Shown one piece after another: positions 17,753 to 28,200 of a stretch of DNA of 64,000 nucleotides. Made by a program: the position numbers and the translations under genes. Each line of letters opens with the position of its first letter. The stretch's first letter is position 1. The DNA is taken from IMG/VR virus record IMGVR_UViG_3300006162_000011, one strand, 5' to 3'. The notes under the pieces were generated by a model. It saw only the letters and a list, made by a program, of their open reading frames with translations, did not search any database and was not told the origin of the DNA. The stretch comes from a virus.

Positions 17753-18238
17753 GTGCCCTGTTACGACGAGCGGTGCAGAGATTGCGGCACAACGTTTGAA
17801 GCAATTGTTCTATCGTTTACGGCACCGCGGCCATGCCCCGAGTGCGGTTCCGACGACACCGAACAGCTTGTGTCGGTTCCGAATTTCCGGATGGCAGCGA
17901 GACGTTTTGAAATACAGCGTGGGCGTGCTCAGAACCCGTTTGAGAATTTGACACTCCAACATATTCGCGGCGAGGACGGCAAGCCGATCAAGGTGAACTC
18001 GGAACGCGAGTTGCGTGCAGCGGAAAATAAATACGGCTTCGTGCACGCCGCGTCATGGGGTCTGGAGAAGACGCCGCCACAACACGAGCCTTGGGCTGGC
18101 GACATCACACACGGTTACAAGAAGAAATTTCAGCGAGATCCCGCAGCGTACAAGACGCCGGAAGCGCGCAAAGGGGTCACGACGGGCGTAGCGAGAACTG
18201 CAAACGACACTCTGGCTAGCCGACCGAATCCCGTGTAA
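17753..18238 (+). CDS. FmdB-type zinc-ribbon protein
   Basis: GTG start after AGGAGG. N-terminus 'PCYDERCRDCGTTFE...CPECGSDDTEQL' matches the FmdB/CxxC-CxxC ribbon pattern. Confidence 0.6.
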   Translation: MPCYDERCRDCGTTFEAIVLSFTAPRPCPECGSDDTEQLVSVPNFRMAARRFEIQRGRAQNPFENLTLQHIRGEDGKPIKVNSERELRAAENKYGFVHAASWGLEKTPPQHEPWAGDITHGYKKKFQRDPAAYKTPEARKGVTTGVARTANDTLASRPNPV

Positions 18239-18261
18239 ATTTGGAACAGGAGTCACACAAT

Positions 18262-18648
18262 ATGGCGAAAATCAAATCGACGTTGACGGGCGGCGGGTCG
18301 AAGTCCGGTGGCGTCAACCACCAGAAGGCTTACGACCACATGCACAGATCGGAAACCTGTGTCGGCACCGTGCGCGCCGGAGAATCCGTGCACGCGCAAA
18401 CCAACTGTGTTCCGCTGTCCGCGTACGTCGAGTCGGGGTCGCTGCGCGAGTCGTCCCGGTACGACTGGAAAACCGGCAAGTTTGTCAAAGAGAAAATGGA
18501 TGTGATGTCCAACGCCCGCGACAACATGAATTACCTGAAAGTCCGCCCGGTTACCGACGCGCGCCAATGCAAAGCCGCGTCCGACGACAGGAACGGGTAC
18601 GCGAGTTGTCCGTCGCCGGTAATGGGCGGAAGAGGACGGAGGTACTAA
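18262..18648 (+). CDS. hypothetical protein
   Basis: ATG 18262 after AGGAG. 128 aa. Confidence 0.55.
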   Translation: MAKIKSTLTGGGSKSGGVNHQKAYDHMHRSETCVGTVRAGESVHAQTNCVPLSAYVESGSLRESSRYDWKTGKFVKEKMDVMSNARDNMNYLKVRPVTDARQCKAASDDRNGYASCPSPVMGGRGRRY

Positions 18649-19272
18649 ATGGCTTTCCGCGTGTCGCCTTTGCTCAAAGTCGCATCGTCCACGCAACCGC
18701 AACCCGCGTTCGGTTCGTGGGTCACCGCTGTGTCACCCGCCACGGGATTCGCGCAGCCCGCAGGAGCGCCGTTGGTGTTGACACTCGGCACTGCCGCCGC
18801 AGCCGGCAACGACGCCTCGCAAATGTTTTCCGCTGGCGAGCCTGCGTGGCTTGTTGATCCCAACGGCACTTACGGTGAGGAAGTCCGGATCGCGGCCGTT
18901 CTGAACAACACCGTCACCCTCGGGCCTAAAACGAACGTTCTCGCCAACGGCCTCCAGAACCAGTTCACCGAGTACTCGCACGCGGTCGGCGCAATCGGTA
19001 CTGGTTCCTACCTCATCCCGAAACAGATGCTGAACAACATGCTGATCGTGTACGAGGACGGCAGCGCTGGGCCCTGGCTATATATCGGGAAGTCACCGCT
19101 GTTCACGACGGGGTTTATGCGGATATTCAAACTCCCGAACGTGTCGTCCGGCACGTTCCCGACGTACTACAATGCAGCGATGTTCAGCGCTGGCAACCCG
19201 TTTGACATTTCAGAAATTTTCATCCGTGGCACCGCAAACGACGAATGGACAACGAGTCTTAACATCGACTAA
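18649..19272 (+). CDS. hypothetical structural protein
   Basis: 207-aa ORF abutting the previous stop and upstream of the giant fibre gene. Confidence 0.6.
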   Translation: MAFRVSPLLKVASSTQPQPAFGSWVTAVSPATGFAQPAGAPLVLTLGTAAAAGNDASQMFSAGEPAWLVDPNGTYGEEVRIAAVLNNTVTLGPKTNVLANGLQNQFTEYSHAVGAIGTGSYLIPKQMLNNMLIVYEDGSAGPWLYIGKSPLFTTGFMRIFKLPNVSSGTFPTYYNAAMFSAGNPFDISEIFIRGTANDEWTTSLNID

Positions 19273-19289
19273 GGCAAGGCAGGACAACC

Positions 19290-22200
19290 ATGAGACTCAA
19301 CAAACTCGGGATCGGGATTGTAGCACTAATGCTGTCGCTAGCAGCCACAGCCTATCCACAGCAAGGTGGAGGTGGCGGCGGTGGCGGTGGCGGCACTACC
19401 ATCCCCGGGCCCACCGGCACCGGTCAGTGCTTCGTGTCCACGGCGTCCGGCACCGGCAACTGGACGTGGGGCTCGTGCTCGGGTACGACCAGTTTGGGAT
19501 TCAACACCGTTACCACCGGCACCAACACCACGGCGGTCATGACGGTCGGCAGCGGCGGCACCTTGAACTCGGCGTCGGGCGCTGTCATCGATTTCTCGGC
19601 GACGACATTTTCGCTGTTCAAGTTACCCGTACTCGGCGGCGGTGTGACCACTGCCAATGGCAACATCGGGTACGACTCGACGACCAAAAACTGGCACGTA
19701 TGGGCGAATGCCGTTGACAACTATCTGATTCTGAGCCCGGCATCCGGCACGTTTACTAACAACGACTGCGCTAAATTCAGTGTGGCTACCGGTGTGGTCA
19801 CGTTGCTCGATACAGGCGCCACGTGCGGAGGCGGCATAAGTCTAGGCACCGCAGCCCAGATACCCGTGATGAACAGTGGAGCGACCGCTTACGCTCCGGT
19901 CACGATGTCTCAAGACTGTACGATGACAGCGGCAGGGGTCATCACCTGTACGAAAACCAACAACACCGCGTTCGGTACGTTCGCCACACAGAATTACGCA
20001 ACACCTCCGGCTATCGGCGGTACGACGCCAGCGGCCGGCACGTTTAATGCGCTAACCGATACCGCCATGTCGGGTGGTCCGTTCTGCGTGCACGAGACCT
20101 CTGGTGTACTGAGTGCTACCAGTGCAGATTGCGGCTCCGGCGGCAGCACGTCACCCGGAGGCTCCAACACACAGCTTCAATGGAACAACAGTTCGGCATT
20201 CGGTGGCATCTCCGGATGGACGACGAACGGCACCACAAACCTGACGGCGGCGACAACGTCGGTGCTCGACTTGCATTCGATGTCATCGACCAGCGGATTG
20301 CTTCTTCCCGGAGCGCTTGCTACCGGAATTGTCGGTGTCACGACATCGACAGGCGCGGTCAACATCTATAACGCGTCCGCCCAGATTCCGGCGAACTTCG
20401 TGCCGTTTGCGTCACCGGGCGCGATTGGCGGTACAACAGCGGCCGCTGGAACGTTTACGAGTTTGACGGATACGGGGATGTCGGGAGGCCCACTCTGCGT
20501 CCACGAAATTTCTGGTGTGCTGAGCGCCGCGGGCGCGGACTGTGGGTCGGGCGGTGGTAACACGACTTCGACATCTCTGACGACGAATAAGGTTCCCAAA
20601 GCGAACGGCGCGAACTCGATTATCGACTCCAGTATTACGGACAACGGTTCTACGCTGGCCACGTCCGATACGTCGTTCATAATAGGCTCGCCGGGGGCTA
20701 TTACGGCAGGAACGGGAGCGTTGCTGATTGCCCAAGAAGGAACCGAGCCGTCTTCGGTGGCAAGCGGCTACAGCGGATTCGTCATGGATTCGACGCAGCA
20801 CTGTCCGGTGATTTGGAACAATGGAGTGCAGGGTGGATGCGCTGGGAGCACGGCGTATCCCGGTTACGGAGTGGCGGTTTCAAATGGATTGTCGTGGTTG
20901 ACGAGTTTGACTGTATTTGGAACAGATCTGGGGATGGTGACGGCCACAAATCCATCCGGAGCAGCGGTGAATACTCCGTTTGTAGTGGACGGCAACGGCG
21001 GCATGTCTCCAGCGGCTAGCGGGGCACTCGGTACAAACGCATTTAGCAATACAGCGTTTCTCCCCCTATCTGGAGGTACGCTTACTGGGGCGCTCTCAGG
21101 AACTACCGTAACCATGAGCGGGGCTATCACAGACACTAGCGACGGCACTCATGCTGGTTCAATGCAGCTGGCCGGAAATACCGCACTTCCCACTGGTGCC
21201 AATGCCCCAGCGACTACCGGAATTTTCTCCATTTTTGGTTTTAATTCCACTTCGTCTACGTCCTACGGATGGCAACCGAATGCAACGGCACCTAGCGGAA
21301 CGCAGTTTGTTACCGCCGGGACACCCTCTGGGAGTCCGGCAGTGTCTGCTGTGAATTATGTATCAAGCGTGGGGTCGGGAAGCGTCGTGCTCGCCTCGTC
21401 GGCTTCGACTACTGTAAACGGTCAGAGTTGCAGTCTCGGATCGTCTTGTACGATTTCACTGTCGGCGGTAAATCCACAAACGGCTACATATCAAGTTTTG
21501 GCATCCGACTTTTCTTCCTACAAAACAATTACCGTGGCGTCAGGTACGTTTACAATCACGCTGATTGCTTCAGGCTCTCAACCCGCGAATGGTCAGTACA
21601 TCAACGTCATCAATTACGGCAGTGGCGTGGTGACCATTGCCCGCTCTGGCCAGAACATCAATGGAGCAACGACTAGCATCACCTTGAACGCTGGATCGGC
21701 AGCAGCTCCGACGAGTGCTTATATAGAATCGGATGGGTCTAATTACTTTGCGACCGTTGATGAAGGCACTGTAGGGACGGTAACGAGTGTTGCTCAGACT
21801 GTTCCGACTGGTTTCGCAATCGGTGGCTCTCCCATTACCAATTCTGGCACTCTCGCCATTACCACAACGGGCCTATCAACGAACGTGTTACAAAAGGCTG
21901 TTTCTGGGGGTATCGGCAACAGCACGATTACGGACAATGGAACCACGGTGTCAACAACGGAACCATTGGTCAGCACGACCTATAATACTTGCCCAGATTC
22001 CTCTGGTTCCGGGACAGCCCAAGTTTGCAATACCACGCCGACATTTTCGGTTGTTACTGGGAGTTGTATAACATACACGACCACGACGGCAAACACGGGT
22101 ACGGGTTTGACGCTGAACGTGAATTCCTTGGGCGCAAAGTCAGTAGCAAAGTGGCAGGGGTCAACGACACTGGCTGCAAACGATGTACTCGCCAACAAAC

Positions 22201-23366
22201 AAGTGAAAGCCTGCTACGACGGAACAAATTGGGAACTTGCCACCATCGGCAATGCACCAACAGGCGGATCGTCAGCATGGTCGTCGCTCACGGCCCCAAC
22301 TGGGGCGTTGTCTATTACGATGCCAGCAGGCGACACGACGGCGATGACATGGGCTACGCAAGCGGCTCCGGCATCGTCAGATTGGTTGTGGACAGCTGGC
22401 GCTGATAGCGGAACTTCGACCGTTCCGGCGTTTAGTTTTGTAGATACAACGGGAAATACGAAGACTGGTGCACTGCTCAACGTCAACACGGTAGGATCGT
22501 CAACGGCGCTCCCAGTGCAGTTCACCGCTCAAGGGACGGCGAACGGCGTGTCGATGAGCACGGCGGGATTGCTGGCACCGATAGGAAGCGGCGGCATCAA
22601 GGCATCGGCCTTCACTACTCAGACGCAAAACACAGTGTTCGGCGCGTTTGGTTCGACAACACCATCGTTTACCGCTGTGGCCAGTTGTAGTGGGTCGAAC
22701 AACGGCATTATCTATACGACCAATACGGGCTTTGGGTGTGGTTCGAATTTTGTGCAACTCGGAGCTACAAATCTGGGTACGTCAACAATGACGCTGAACA
22801 TGGCCGCCTCGACGACAGCCAGCGCGTTCAAGGTTCCCGTACAAGCAGGCGCTACTACGACCGTAGCTGGCGCGATTTCCGCCGATTCCACGAACCTCGA
22901 ATATCATGGAGATGTTAACAGTCAGGATGCGGTGTTTGTTTCTGCCCCATCCGGCAGCGGAACCGGACTGATCGACTCCACCGGGCTGACGGCAGCTGTC
23001 ACGGCAGCCAACCTTTATTTGCCTGCATCGACGCAACGCATCAGGGTGTGTGGCTATCTCAAAGTAACGACGGCAGCAACCACATCTTCGATTCTTGGTG
23101 GCACGACTGGCATTGTTCTGACTTACACGGACGGTACGGATTCCGTAGCGCAAACGGTGACCATGCCTATGGCCAGCCAGGCGGGTAACACCATCACGAT
23201 TGGCACCGGCAATACCGGCAACGCGACGACCACGGTGTCCAGCGGCTGCACCGGGTTGCTGTATGCGAAGTCGGCCGGACAGGTGCAATATGCGATTGGC
23301 TATACAAGTTTGGGTGCAACTCCGATGGCTTATGAGGCACACTTAACGACAGAGGTTGTGCACTAA
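19290..23366 (+). CDS. giant fibre-like protein (1358 aa) with signal-peptide-like N-terminus
   Basis: N-terminus 'MRLNKLGIGIVALMLSLAATAYPQQ', then a Gly10 run. G/T/S/A/N-rich beta-type composition throughout, with internal repeated modules. Confidence 0.8.
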   Translation: MRLNKLGIGIVALMLSLAATAYPQQGGGGGGGGGGTTIPGPTGTGQCFVSTASGTGNWTWGSCSGTTSLGFNTVTTGTNTTAVMTVGSGGTLNSASGAVIDFSATTFSLFKLPVLGGGVTTANGNIGYDSTTKNWHVWANAVDNYLILSPASGTFTNNDCAKFSVATGVVTLLDTGATCGGGISLGTAAQIPVMNSGATAYAPVTMSQDCTMTAAGVITCTKTNNTAFGTFATQNYATPPAIGGTTPAAGTFNALTDTAMSGGPFCVHETSGVLSATSADCGSGGSTSPGGSNTQLQWNNSSAFGGISGWTTNGTTNLTAATTSVLDLHSMSSTSGLLLPGALATGIVGVTTSTGAVNIYNASAQIPANFVPFASPGAIGGTTAAAGTFTSLTDTGMSGGPLCVHEISGVLSAAGADCGSGGGNTTSTSLTTNKVPKANGANSIIDSSITDNGSTLATSDTSFIIGSPGAITAGTGALLIAQEGTEPSSVASGYSGFVMDSTQHCPVIWNNGVQGGCAGSTAYPGYGVAVSNGLSWLTSLTVFGTDLGMVTATNPSGAAVNTPFVVDGNGGMSPAASGALGTNAFSNTAFLPLSGGTLTGALSGTTVTMSGAITDTSDGTHAGSMQLAGNTALPTGANAPATTGIFSIFGFNSTSSTSYGWQPNATAPSGTQFVTAGTPSGSPAVSAVNYVSSVGSGSVVLASSASTTVNGQSCSLGSSCTISLSAVNPQTATYQVLASDFSSYKTITVASGTFTITLIASGSQPANGQYINVINYGSGVVTIARSGQNINGATTSITLNAGSAAAPTSAYIESDGSNYFATVDEGTVGTVTSVAQTVPTGFAIGGSPITNSGTLAITTTGLSTNVLQKAVSGGIGNSTITDNGTTVSTTEPLVSTTYNTCPDSSGSGTAQVCNTTPTFSVVTGSCITYTTTTANTGTGLTLNVNSLGAKSVAKWQGSTTLAANDVLANKQVKACYDGTNWELATIGNAPTGGSSAWSSLTAPTGALSITMPAGDTTAMTWATQAAPASSDWLWTAGADSGTSTVPAFSFVDTTGNTKTGALLNVNTVGSSTALPVQFTAQGTANGVSMSTAGLLAPIGSGGIKASAFTTQTQNTVFGAFGSTTPSFTAVASCSGSNNGIIYTTNTGFGCGSNFVQLGATNLGTSTMTLNMAASTTASAFKVPVQAGATTTVAGAISADSTNLEYHGDVNSQDAVFVSAPSGSGTGLIDSTGLTAAVTAANLYLPASTQRIRVCGYLKVTTAATTSSILGGTTGIVLTYTDGTDSVAQTVTMPMASQAGNTITIGTGNTGNATTTVSSGCTGLLYAKSAGQVQYAIGYTSLGATPMAYEAHLTTEVVH
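20004..20555 (+). repeat. two diverged ~47-aa modules inside the fibre gene
   Basis: 'PPAIGGTTPAAGTFNALTDTAMSGGPFCVHETSGVLSATSADCGSGG' (20004-20144) versus 'SPGAIGGTTAAAGTFTSLTDTGMSGGPLCVHEISGVLSAAGADCGSGG' (20412-20555). They differ mainly at synonymous sites. Confidence 0.7.
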
Positions 23367-23367
23367 T

Positions 23368-24873
23368 ATGAAGCGGTTCTTACTTCTCTTTACGTTGGCG
23401 CTATTTTCACTCTCGGCATGGGCTCAAATTGCCTACGTCGGCGGTGGCACGCAGACTGCGAACTGTACAGGCGGCACATTGGGCACGCAAATCTGCGTTT
23501 TGACGGCTTCACCCCCTAACGGGGATTTTATTTTGTTGTTTGTAAAAGAGGCCAACCCGCCCCAGACGCCTTGGTGTACGGACAGTAATTTTCGCACTTT
23601 GACTCCAGGAAATTCCCAAATCACGCTGAACGGGGATTCCCTCGAAGTTTTCGGCATGATTGTAACGGGAAGCCCTACATCGTTCACCTGCAATGGAATG
23701 GGAAGTGGAGTGAACTCGATGGCTGGCGTGTGGTATTCGGGGGCATTGTCATTAAACATGTTGATGGCTGGCGGTTCCGGCTTGGGCGCTACCTGCACTG
23801 GCGGTGGATGCGCTTCGCTGACTCCGACTCTTGACGATGCAAATGATTATGCGGTGTGTGCTTTCGGAGACTCCTCTACGACCTTTACCACTCCATATAC
23901 AGGTACTCTTCGACAAGCGGTGACCGTCAATCCCACACTCGCCATTGTAGATGGCACTTCAAGCTCTACCGGCCCAATTACGGTTGCGGCTTCCATGACA
24001 AGTTCGACCGCATGGAAAGGCGTTTGCGCGGAACTGAGAACGGTTTCTTCTTCCTCGACATACATATTACTTCAGTACAATCCAGTGATTCCAAATACGT
24101 ACACGGGTCATCCGGCAAATTGTTCTGAATCGGCGGTTAGCTGTACCTGGCCAATCGCCCCGACACAAGCGGGAACTCTGCTCGTTTTGTCTTTTGTGGA
24201 TCATGCCGACTCTTTTTCGGGGGGCGAGCCGCAGAGAACCATTGTCAGTGTAGCCGATTGCGCTAGTTTAACGTCCGGAATATGTGCCTCCTCCATCGAC
24301 ACATTTGTACTGGGCAGTTCTTTGTGTCCCGGAGCGACATGTCCAGAGGCGTATGTCATCGACAGCGCCAGTGGATCGCAAAGTGTAGACGCTGCCTTTG
24401 TTCTTTCCGGTGCTGGGGGAGCTAATTGGATAACGGCTGTACGGAGTGGTGTTGCCTCCAATCCTCCGGCTGAACCCGGCCGCTATGCGCTTGCTGAAGT
24501 ATTGCCCGCGTCTGGATCGTTTGCGCTTGATAATGTCGGAACGGCTACAGTGTTCACCAAAAACACGACTTTCAATATGACCGGGGTCACTACGTGCTGT
24601 ACCAATGAAGTAATCTTTCAGGGATTTGCTGGCGCTCAGCAGCCGATGCTGATTACCGCACCTTACTACTACGGTCAATCAACACAGGGGCACATGGGGT
24701 TCTGGGGAGCTCTCGGTGTATCGAGTCCGACAACCCCGACAATTACAGCCTATGGCCTTCAGTATGGAGCGGCGGGAAATGCTTTGGCTTTCAAGAACAC
24801 GTCAAGCGGGCCTTCTGTATCCGCCATGACTGCCGGAACGAAGTTGACGCCGGGAACTCGGGTGACTCCGTGA
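23368..24873 (+). CDS. secreted-type hypothetical protein (fibre partner)
   Basis: ATG 23368 lies 1 nt after the fibre stop. 'MKRFLLLFTLALFSLSAWA-QIA' is signal-peptide-like. Contains 'NGDFILLFV' and 'AGTLLVLSFV' modules shared with the 33792 protein. Confidence 0.7.
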   Translation: MKRFLLLFTLALFSLSAWAQIAYVGGGTQTANCTGGTLGTQICVLTASPPNGDFILLFVKEANPPQTPWCTDSNFRTLTPGNSQITLNGDSLEVFGMIVTGSPTSFTCNGMGSGVNSMAGVWYSGALSLNMLMAGGSGLGATCTGGGCASLTPTLDDANDYAVCAFGDSSTTFTTPYTGTLRQAVTVNPTLAIVDGTSSSTGPITVAASMTSSTAWKGVCAELRTVSSSSTYILLQYNPVIPNTYTGHPANCSESAVSCTWPIAPTQAGTLLVLSFVDHADSFSGGEPQRTIVSVADCASLTSGICASSIDTFVLGSSLCPGATCPEAYVIDSASGSQSVDAAFVLSGAGGANWITAVRSGVASNPPAEPGRYALAEVLPASGSFALDNVGTATVFTKNTTFNMTGVTTCCTNEVIFQGFAGAQQPMLITAPYYYGQSTQGHMGFWGALGVSSPTTPTITAYGLQYGAAGNALAFKNTSSGPSVSAMTAGTKLTPGTRVTP

Positions 24874-25022
24874 TGACTTCCCGTGAGCACTTAGAGCTGG
24901 AATACCAACTGGCTCAAGCCAAGACGAAGCGTGACCGTGCGTTAGAGAAATCGGAGAAGTACGCGCAGATCGTGAAGAATTTCAAGGAGCGACTCAATGA
25001 GTACAGTGACGATTCCACTTGA
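24873..25022 (+). CDS. 49-aa coiled-coil-like micro-protein (below the ORF-track cutoff)
   Basis: ATG shares its A with the preceding TGA. Sequence MTSREHLELEYQLAQAKTKRDRALEKSEKYAQIVKNFKERLNEYSDDST. Confidence 0.3.
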   Translation: MTSREHLELEYQLAQAKTKRDRALEKSEKYAQIVKNFKERLNEYSDDST

Positions 25023-25260
25023 TCCGGGATGGTACATCACTTACAAGTCCGGCAACGGTCGTGCGCTCGCGTGGCCTTCGCGTTTCGCTACGGAGACGCA
25101 GGCGCAATCGAAGTTGGATGAACTTGGCTTGAACGAAACGATGCACGTTATTGAGGTTACGCAATATGAAGCGACTGCTGATGCTGCTTGCGCTGTGCTC
25201 GATTCCGGCATGGGCAACGCATACCTGCACGACGTGCTACATCTCTGCGGCGGGAAGTGA
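24997..25260 (+). CDS. hypothetical protein
   Basis: AAGGAG lies 7 nt upstream of ATG 24997. The 3' end overlaps the next gene by ~95 nt, so its extent is uncertain. Confidence 0.4.
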   Translation: MSTVTIPLDPGWYITYKSGNGRALAWPSRFATETQAQSKLDELGLNETMHVIEVTQYEATADAACAVLDSGMGNAYLHDVLHLCGGK

Positions 25261-28200
25261 TAGTTACGACGGTACCAGCAAGACGCACACGAGCGGTTCA
25301 GTCGGCCCGTGGGCGCACGCACCGGGTATGCCGAACGCGACCGGAAATGCTGCGTCTCAGGTGCCGGTTGTTGGCGACTCCTACATCTTTCACGGCGGAG
25401 ACTCATGGCATTATGGCAATGGCGCTCTGGCAACCTCGACTGGCGGAACGTGGGCATGGTCGTGGGGCGGTTCTGGCGGAATCTATCTCGGCGTCGATCA
25501 GACTTGGTTCAGCGGCGGATCGTGGGCGCGCCCGATCCTTACAGGCGACAATGCGACCTCGACGAGTTTCGTCACGTCCTGCACCTACGACGAATCATCG
25601 CTGGGATCGTTTCTGCGATTGAATTCGGGATCAAACTACGTCACGATTGACAACTTCGAGTTCGTTGGCGTGTGCTGGCTTACGGGCGGCGGCCCGGAAT
25701 ACATCTACTCGGCGTCTTCCGCGAACACGCACAACACGGTTCAGAACAATTATTTTCACGGCTGGACGGTCGATGACGCGACGGCGCAAGACAACCTTTA
25801 CGGCTATTACGGCTCTGGGTCTCGTCTTGCCAGCTTCAACACAATTCAGAATAACGTATTTGACGGTTCGGATTCATCGTCGGCGGGCGCGTCTTCCTCG
25901 CACTGCCACTTTGCTGGATACACGGCTTATCCCTGCTACTCGGGTGGCGGGGTCTACCAAGAAGCCTACGACATCCACGGTAACGTCTTCCGTCATCTTT
26001 CAAACATGGGCGTGACGACCAATACGGCCACAATGCACGACAACTGGTTTACTGACCTTCAGACGACGTTCCAAGCCAGCGGCCAGCACGCGAACTGCAT
26101 GAACGTGGAAACCAACATCGCGGGCGGCTCGATGTCGGTCTATAACAACAAGGTCACAAACATCGCTTCGACGCAGTGCTTCTACCTGACGGTCGGCAAT
26201 GGCGGGACGCTCTACTTCTTCAATAACGTGCTCTGGGGCAACATGAATCCGCCCACGGGCGCGTCACCGAATAACTGCATCATTCTCGGCATAGCGGACA
26301 GCGGCGGCTCCGGTACGGCGAATATCGTCAACAACACGGTCAGCCAAGCTGGCGGCTCGGGTGGCGGCTGCAAAGTCCAGCTCTCGAACGACAATAGCCC
26401 GTACTTCCGCTGGAATGGCGTAGTCAACTTTCAGAACAACGACCTGATTGGACTCTCGTCTCCGATCTCGAATTTCTACTACCTGAATCCCGGCAGTAAT
26501 CCACCGTGCAACATCTCCTGTACAGAAAATGATCTTGGCAATGAACTCTTCCGCACCGAAGCGGCGGCAAATGCTCAAAACTATCTCAGCACGAACGACT
26601 ACTCTCCGGGGAACGGTGGCGGGACATACTCGACTGCCGGTGCGGGCGCGAATCTCAATCCGTCGTGCGGGATATTTGGAACGGCATTGTGCTCAGGAAC
26701 TTCTGACAGCGTGACTGAACAGTCCGGCAGCGGCGGTAAGATCGCAAGTTATCCAGCGATTACCGTCAACGCACGCCCTACGGCGTGGGACACAGGAGCT
26801 TATCAATACATAGCTTCCAGCGGCGGAATGCGAATGAGCGGTAACATGGTACTCAAGGGGAGTTGGTCGCTCACGACCAATACTGGCAGCAGTTCGCTTG
26901 TCTACAGTGCGCGCACGGATAACTGTGCCGTAGGAACTGAATCGGGATGTGGAAGCACGGCAGATGCTTCGGCGATGCTATTCGATTTGTCGCCTGCGTC
27001 TCTGACTTATAACCACTATTTGCCATTTCAGACACTTGCCGTCACCAGTTCGTCTTACTGCCCATCGACCGCATCGGGAACGTTCAACACGACAGCAACT
27101 GACCCTGATTTTCATTCCTACCTAATCATGGTCACCGATCCCTGCACGTATAATCTCAATAACACGATGAATTTGCAGGAGCCGACCGACACAAACTATT
27201 TCAATCTGGACTCCTCGTTTATCGAGGTTCTGAGCAACGGCGGTGGCCCGTACTTTCTTTATCTCAATACCGCGCTTGCTCATTCCGGCAATTGCAGTCC
27301 GACAAATCCTTGTCTGTCCGCAAGCAACATCGGGGGGGGCGTAAGTACGTCTTACACTTTGTCCGGCATTGTCGGCAACGGCACGACGGCGACGGCGACA
27401 TGCGCCACGAACTGCGGCGCCTTGCCAGTCGGATACTACGTGACGATTACAGGGAACTCGCAACAGAATTTCGACCGTATATTTACGGTGACTGGCGTGA
27501 CTGGAGGCCCGGTTACGAGTTTCACGTTCGCCAGCACGACGAATGCAACGGGCACAGGTGGGAGCGCGAATTACTCTTTTGGATGTAACGTCAATTGCAC
27601 GAACACACAGGGCGGGCCGAATACGACTTTCTCACGGGTTTCTGGCGAGCCGAATGTCATTTACGAAGTTCAGAATGGCGTCACTGTATACAAACTTACG
27701 GTGTGTCGCAATGGATTCTCTGACGCTGTGTGCTCCTCGACGGCGACTGACACCTTTACTCGCGCTATTTGGGCGAATTTTGCCGACTCAGTGAATGGAG
27801 TTTTGCCGACCGATTACAATTCGACTTGGGGTGGAACCTTCGGCGTGGCAGCGGACGGCTCGACCACAGTAACGAGCGCGGGCGGTGGGAGCTATCAAAC
27901 GATCAACCAGCAGCCGGGAGTCGCAGGGTGCCCGTCTTGCGCGATAAGCAGTACAGACGTGTTCATTCTGCCCGTCAACAACAACACGCAGAACATGGGC
28001 TATCAGGCATCGACAGGAACGATCAGCGGGACGGAGCCAAACTGGCATAGTCTTTGCCCAAATGTGACGAATACGTGCACGGATGGTAGTGTGACGTGGA
28101 CGAACATTGGAAAGCTAACTGGACAAGGGCCGGGATTCGATGAACTGCACTTCGGTTCTCCGATAGCCAATACGGCACGAGGATACAGCCGCCTGAACAC

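Noticed and set aside
19365-19394. The Gly10-encoding tract as a slippage-prone phase-variation repeat.
   Set aside because: The codons are a mixed GGT/GGA/GGC series rather than a perfect mono- or trinucleotide repeat.
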